From positions 8,997-72,996 of the forward strand of contig CACWUS010000004.1 of NCBI GenBank assembly GCA_902764145.1: a DNA stretch of 64,000 bases, in the 5' to 3' direction. Both the position numbers and the translations under genes were made by a program. Position 1 is the stretch's first letter, and each line of letters opens with the position of its first letter. This DNA comes from an uncultured Erysipelotrichaceae bacterium. Lineage in GTDB: Bacteria > Bacillota_I > Bacilli_A > RF39 > UBA660. Below are positions 60,114 to 64,000 of this stretch, one piece after another. The notes under the pieces were generated by a model. It did not search any database, was not told the DNA's origin, and worked only from the letters and a program-made list of their open reading frames with translations.

Positions 60114-62147
60114 TTATTTTCCTTTATTTTTATTAATCATATTAAGTGAATCATTAATAGCATCATCAATAGTCATTTCTTCACTTAAAATCATTTTATA
60201 ACCTATTGATACACCATATTCTTTATTAGGAAGTGATGATGAAAATTCACGATTTAATTTGTGAATATAAGAACTAATTTTCTTTTCATCATGACCAACT
60301 AAATAAATAATAAATTCATCACCATCAGTTCTCATTATTTCAGAATTATCTCTTTGAGTTTTGATAAGTATACTAGCAACAGCTTTAATTTGATTATCTC
60401 CTGCTTCATGTCCTATCTTATCATTTAATACTTTTAACTTATTAATATCAATAACAATTATAGCTTGTGGATATACTTTAGTTGATGACCAAAAATCAAT
60501 ATTATCATTTAAATAATTTCTATTTTTTAAATTAGTCATCGCATCAAAGTAATATAATCTGTCTTCTTTTTTTATTCTCTTATTATTAACACTTCTTTTA
60601 ATTAAAGTATATATTATAAATGATATTACTAATATACTAATAACTATATAAAGTAAATTAGTAATAATAAAATTCAATATTCTATTATTTTTTAGTGTTT
60701 CAATTACGTCAAATACACTCTCATTTTTCATTTCATTTGAACTCAATGTACTTAGATAAAAATCAAATAATTTATTTAATGACTTATTATCTTTCTTAAG
60801 TAAAAATGAATTATTTAACTTAACTATATCACTATATCTAACAGAATAATTTTTAAATGATGAATTCTTATAATAATCATAAACTTCTTTATCTACTATT
60901 ACTATAGAACTTTCATCAATATTCTTAAGCATAGATTTAATACTAGAATAATCATTTATTTCAAATAAATTCTTACTTGCCATATTGTATTTTAGATTCA
61001 TATTATTAAGCATACTAACATTTATATTAGTTAAACTATAAAGCGAACTAATAGCCATGTTGTTTTTATTATGTGCAAGAACTACAAATTCACTTGGACC
61101 AAGTGTTCTAGTATTATCATAATTTTCATTACTTAATGAATAATAATTAAGAGCAATATCTATTTTTTTATCAGATAATGCAGAACTTAATGCTTTAACA
61201 TCCTTGTATTCTATATATTTATATGTTACTCCAGTCATATTTGAAAATTTGTTTAAATATGTAGCTGTTAGACCAGTAAAATCGCCACCAATCATACCTT
61301 CATATGGTATATTATCTACATATCCTACAATAAAATCTTCACTAGTTATAGATTCTTTTTCTAATTCAGTATATTTATTTGTATCATAATAGATATTTAG
61401 AAAATATGAATTAATTTTTGAATTAGCTTTTTCTTTCCATCTATTATAAAACTTAGTCATAATACTATTTAATGTTTCATTTTTCTCTTCATCTAAATCT
61501 AAACAGTAATATGAATATAGACCATCTAAATGATAAACAATATTATATGATTCACTATTAGCAAGTTCATTAATATACTTGTACATTGGAATTATTGCAT
61601 ATTCTATAGATTTTCCATCTAAAGCAGATTTAATAGCATTATAATCTTCATAACCACTGTAATTTATACTTGAATGCTCTGTTAAATGATAAGCTATAAT
61701 ATCTTTATCGCTATTAAGTACACCTATCTTTTTATTTTCTAAATCAGATAATTTATTAATGTTATTATTAGTACCAATTACAACAAAATGATCTCTATAA
61801 AATAACACATCCTCACTATCTAAAGAATTTTTATTAATTAAATTAATCTCACCTTTAGTTGTAGTATTAATATTTAAATTAAGACCAGTATCTTCTTTTA
61901 ATGCACTTATATAATCATAAAATACTCCACTACCACTATAAGCAAACACTGGTAATTCAGGATCAACATAAATATCTATTGCTTTGTTACTATTAGAATT
62001 TATCCATTTTTTCTCGGAATAATCATAATTATTTACAGTACTAGTAATATAATATAATGTTCCAAAAAAACCTACTACTAACAAAATAATTATAGAAATA
62101 ACTATAATTGTACTTCTTTTTCTTTTAATATTTTTAATACTTTTCAT
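60114..62147 (-). CDS. Membrane protein with tandem solute-binding domains and a GGDEF domain (variant DGDEF)
   Basis: DAMTNLKNR, DINKLKVLNDKIGHEAGD, RTDGDEF. Confidence 0.82.
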   Translation of the reverse strand: MKSIKNIKRKRSTIIVISIIILLVVGFFGTLYYITSTVNNYDYSEKKWINSNSNKAIDIYVDPELPVFAYSGSGVFYDYISALKEDTGLNLNINTTTKGEINLINKNSLDSEDVLFYRDHFVVIGTNNNINKLSDLENKKIGVLNSDKDIIAYHLTEHSSINYSGYEDYNAIKSALDGKSIEYAIIPMYKYINELANSESYNIVYHLDGLYSYYCLDLDEEKNETLNSIMTKFYNRWKEKANSKINSYFLNIYYDTNKYTELEKESITSEDFIVGYVDNIPYEGMIGGDFTGLTATYLNKFSNMTGVTYKYIEYKDVKALSSALSDKKIDIALNYYSLSNENYDNTRTLGPSEFVVLAHNKNNMAISSLYSLTNINVSMLNNMNLKYNMASKNLFEINDYSSIKSMLKNIDESSIVIVDKEVYDYYKNSSFKNYSVRYSDIVKLNNSFLLKKDNKSLNKLFDFYLSTLSSNEMKNESVFDVIETLKNNRILNFIITNLLYIVISILVISFIIYTLIKRSVNNKRIKKEDRLYYFDAMTNLKNRNYLNDNIDFWSSTKVYPQAIIVIDINKLKVLNDKIGHEAGDNQIKAVASILIKTQRDNSEIMRTDGDEFIIYLVGHDEKKISSYIHKLNREFSSSLPNKEYGVSIGYKMILSEEMTIDDAINDSLNMINKNKGK

Positions 62148-62151
62148 ATTT

Positions 62152-62631
62152 TCACCAAACCACTTTTAAACTATTAGAGTTTTTAGAACCAAATACTGGA
62201 AAATTAGTATTTTCATCTTCTCCAGAATAAGTAAGAATAAATTGAATTTCATAATATGTTAAATTTTCTTCCCCTACTTTATCAAGTGCTTTAATAGCTA
62301 AATTCTTAGCTGTATCAACTTTAATTGATTCTTTAAAATCAAGAGATATGTATATTATTCTACCTTCAGTAGTAACATTAACTTTGTTAACTGATTTTTC
62401 ATCTTTATAAATAGATGATATATCTTCACTCAAAGTATCACTTAATTTATAATTTTCGATTCCTTCTAATCTAGTATCTCCATATTTACTTGTACTAATT
62501 CCAGAATAAAAGTATTTGTAAAATAAGAAAACAATTACAACAAAGCTTACAACTAACATAACAATTAATATTGCAAGCATAGTATTATCTTGTTTTGCAT
62601 TATTTCTTTTAGATTTTTTACTCATTTTCAA
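62152..62631 (-). CDS. Hypothetical membrane-anchored protein
   Basis: ORF track; N-terminal TM. Confidence 0.7.
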   Translation of the reverse strand: MKMSKKSKRNNAKQDNTMLAILIVMLVVSFVVIVFLFYKYFYSGISTSKYGDTRLEGIENYKLSDTLSEDISSIYKDEKSVNKVNVTTEGRIIYISLDFKESIKVDTAKNLAIKALDKVGEENLTYYEIQFILTYSGEDENTNFPVFGSKNSNSLKVVW

Positions 62632-62785
62632 AAAACACCTTCCTTGGCTTTAAATATTATACTATATTTTATTTAGTTTGACTACTTTTTATTATTATTC
62701 CCAATAATATCTATATGATAATATTATACTACAATTGATATTTAATATAAAGAATAAGATTTTCTTTTTATAAAATAATTAAATG

Positions 62786-62814
62786 TTGACAAATATCCTT
62801 TTTTAAAGTAAAAT
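62786..62814 (+). promoter_or_regulatory. tRNA promoter
   Basis: TTGACA-N17-TAAAAT. Confidence 0.8.
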
Positions 62815-62833
62815 GAATATTGCATTAGGAAAT

Positions 62834-62907
62834 GCAGGTGTAGTTTAATGGTAGAACTTCAGCCTTCCAAGCTGCTAACGTGGGTTCGATTCCCATCACC
62901 TGCTCCA
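62834..62907 (+). tRNA. tRNA-Gly(TCC)
   Basis: GCAGGTG/CACCTGC acceptor stem, D-loop AATGGTA, anticodon loop CTTCCAA, GGTTCGATTCC T-arm, encoded CCA. Confidence 0.96.
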
Positions 62908-62942
62908 TTTGTAAAAATCGTCGCACCAAGCGATGTTGAGAT

Positions 62943-62973
62943 AAAGCTCAATTCGAAAGAATTGAGTTTTTTT
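62943..62973 (+). terminator. Terminator after tRNA-Gly
   Basis: aagctcaattc-gaaa-gaattgagtt-ttttt. Confidence 0.85.
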
Positions 62974-62998
62974 GTCGTTTATGAAAGGTTGTGATGAT

Positions 62999-63280
62999 AT
63001 GTTAAATATTATTAAAGAAAAACTTGATTTAAGCCCCGATTTGAAGAAAAAGATTGATTGGGCTAAGAATTATACTTCTACTTCTATAAAACTTGAGAAA
63101 GGCCATTTAATTAGATTAGAACCTAGTAATCTTGCTTATGTAGATCCACATAAAGTTATTATTAATGATTATACATTTCTCTTTTTCAATGGTATTAATT
63201 CTTTCTATGTTAATAACCTAAATGATAGACACAACTTATCTGAATTAGAAAACTACTTTAAACTAGCTAAAAATTGCTAA
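62999..63280 (+). CDS. Small hypothetical protein
   Basis: ORF track; start trimmed to MLNIIKEK. Confidence 0.65.
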   Translation: MLNIIKEKLDLSPDLKKKIDWAKNYTSTSIKLEKGHLIRLEPSNLAYVDPHKVIINDYTFLFFNGINSFYVNNLNDRHNLSELENYFKLAKNC

Positions 63281-63283
63281 CTA

Positions 63284-63311
63284 TTGACTTATTTTAAAAA
63301 AGTGATATTAT
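63284..63311 (+). promoter_or_regulatory. Promoter of the recombinase leader
   Basis: TTGACT-N16-TATTAT with TG extension. Confidence 0.6.
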
Positions 63312-63355
63312 AAATAACCAGTGCATAGGTATGCTCTAGAAATGGAGGTACATCT

Positions 63356-63445
63356 ATGATTAAAAGCAAAGAATTAAATATTTATAATATAAATAATTTT
63401 GAGGAGTCAGTAGTATTTAGACTTTTAGTATTTAGACTTTATTAG
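63356..63445 (+). CDS. Putative 29-aa leader peptide MIKSKELNIYNINNFEESVVFRLLVFRLY
   Basis: GGAGGT RBS; ORF runs through the 5' arm and loop of a 20-bp hairpin. Confidence 0.5.
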   Translation: MIKSKELNIYNINNFEESVVFRLLVFRLY

Positions 63446-63470
63446 ATACTATTGGCTCCTCTTTTCGTTT
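63401..63470 (+). promoter_or_regulatory. Attenuator-like hairpin with a 15-bp tandem duplication
   Basis: gaggagtcagtagtatttag pairs with ttagatactattggctcctc (G-U allowed), then ttttcgttt; (tagtatttagacttt)x2 at 63411-63440. Confidence 0.65.
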
Positions 63471-63486
63471 ATACGAAAGGAAATAA

Positions 63487-64000
<514 letters not shown>

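Noticed and set aside
12349..61389. Other short ORF-track entries lying antisense to or within longer genes (e.g. 13886, 15155, 19826, 27028, 35528, 40118, 47904, 54421, 57157, 59645)
   Set aside because: They overlap well-supported genes and show no recognisable motifs.
62834..62907. Duplicated tRNA-Gly 3' end (attL/attR) within the window
   Set aside because: No second copy noticed by eye; any partner site would lie beyond the right edge.
44273..62937. 11-mer caagcgatgtt at 62927-62937 and inverted at 44273-44283 as possible att sites
   Set aside because: Too short, found post hoc, and the intervening DNA is housekeeping genes.

Overview
Very AT-rich, gene-dense bacterial DNA, mostly minus-strand genes. 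It resembles a reduced-genome gut/rumen Bacilli lineage (RF39-like); that placement is inference from gene content only. Genetic code 11 applies: TGA ends several genes, e.g. at 52659, where read-through would fuse the gene to ung. All family calls are motif recognition by eye, not database hits. Layout: (1) 1-14.4 kb, surface locus: a 3140-aa repeat-rich adhesin-like protein preceded by a SipW/TasA-type 'TYAWF' protein and a partner sharing a W-x-EG-x-D-x-x-C-x-N motif. (2) 14.4-27 kb, permease plus secreted/antagonism-like genes: CHAP amidase, an LXG-like/FxxxD pair, two paralogues with a VirB2/TrbC-pilin-like N-terminus and different enzyme heads, mini-HNH. (3) ~27-44.6 kb, anti-phage defence island: trypsin-like protease, HTH, ssb-like pseudogene, 907-aa membrane protein, type IC hsdMSR with a 4x12-bp repeat in hsdS, DUF2075-like fragment, DUF4238-like, ABC-ATPase/HEPN, AbiTii-like and HEPN genes. 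It is capped by a ~90-nt structured small RNA with a perfect 26-nt complementary site ~220 bp downstream, upstream of the HEPN gene. (4) 44.7-62.6 kb, housekeeping: ABC exporter, pduL, gerQ, lemA-like, ung, rlmH, M23 peptidase, dnaB, rplI, cse60-like, yihY-like, degenerate GGDEF. (5) tRNA-Gly(TCC), then a large serine recombinase with an attenuator-like leader running off the right edge. Strongest novelty candidates: the sRNA/26-nt target unit, the pilin-like enzyme fusions, the TasA-like fibre plus giant adhesin locus, the reversed T7SS-like pair, and two related terminator-like leaders in front of island genes.
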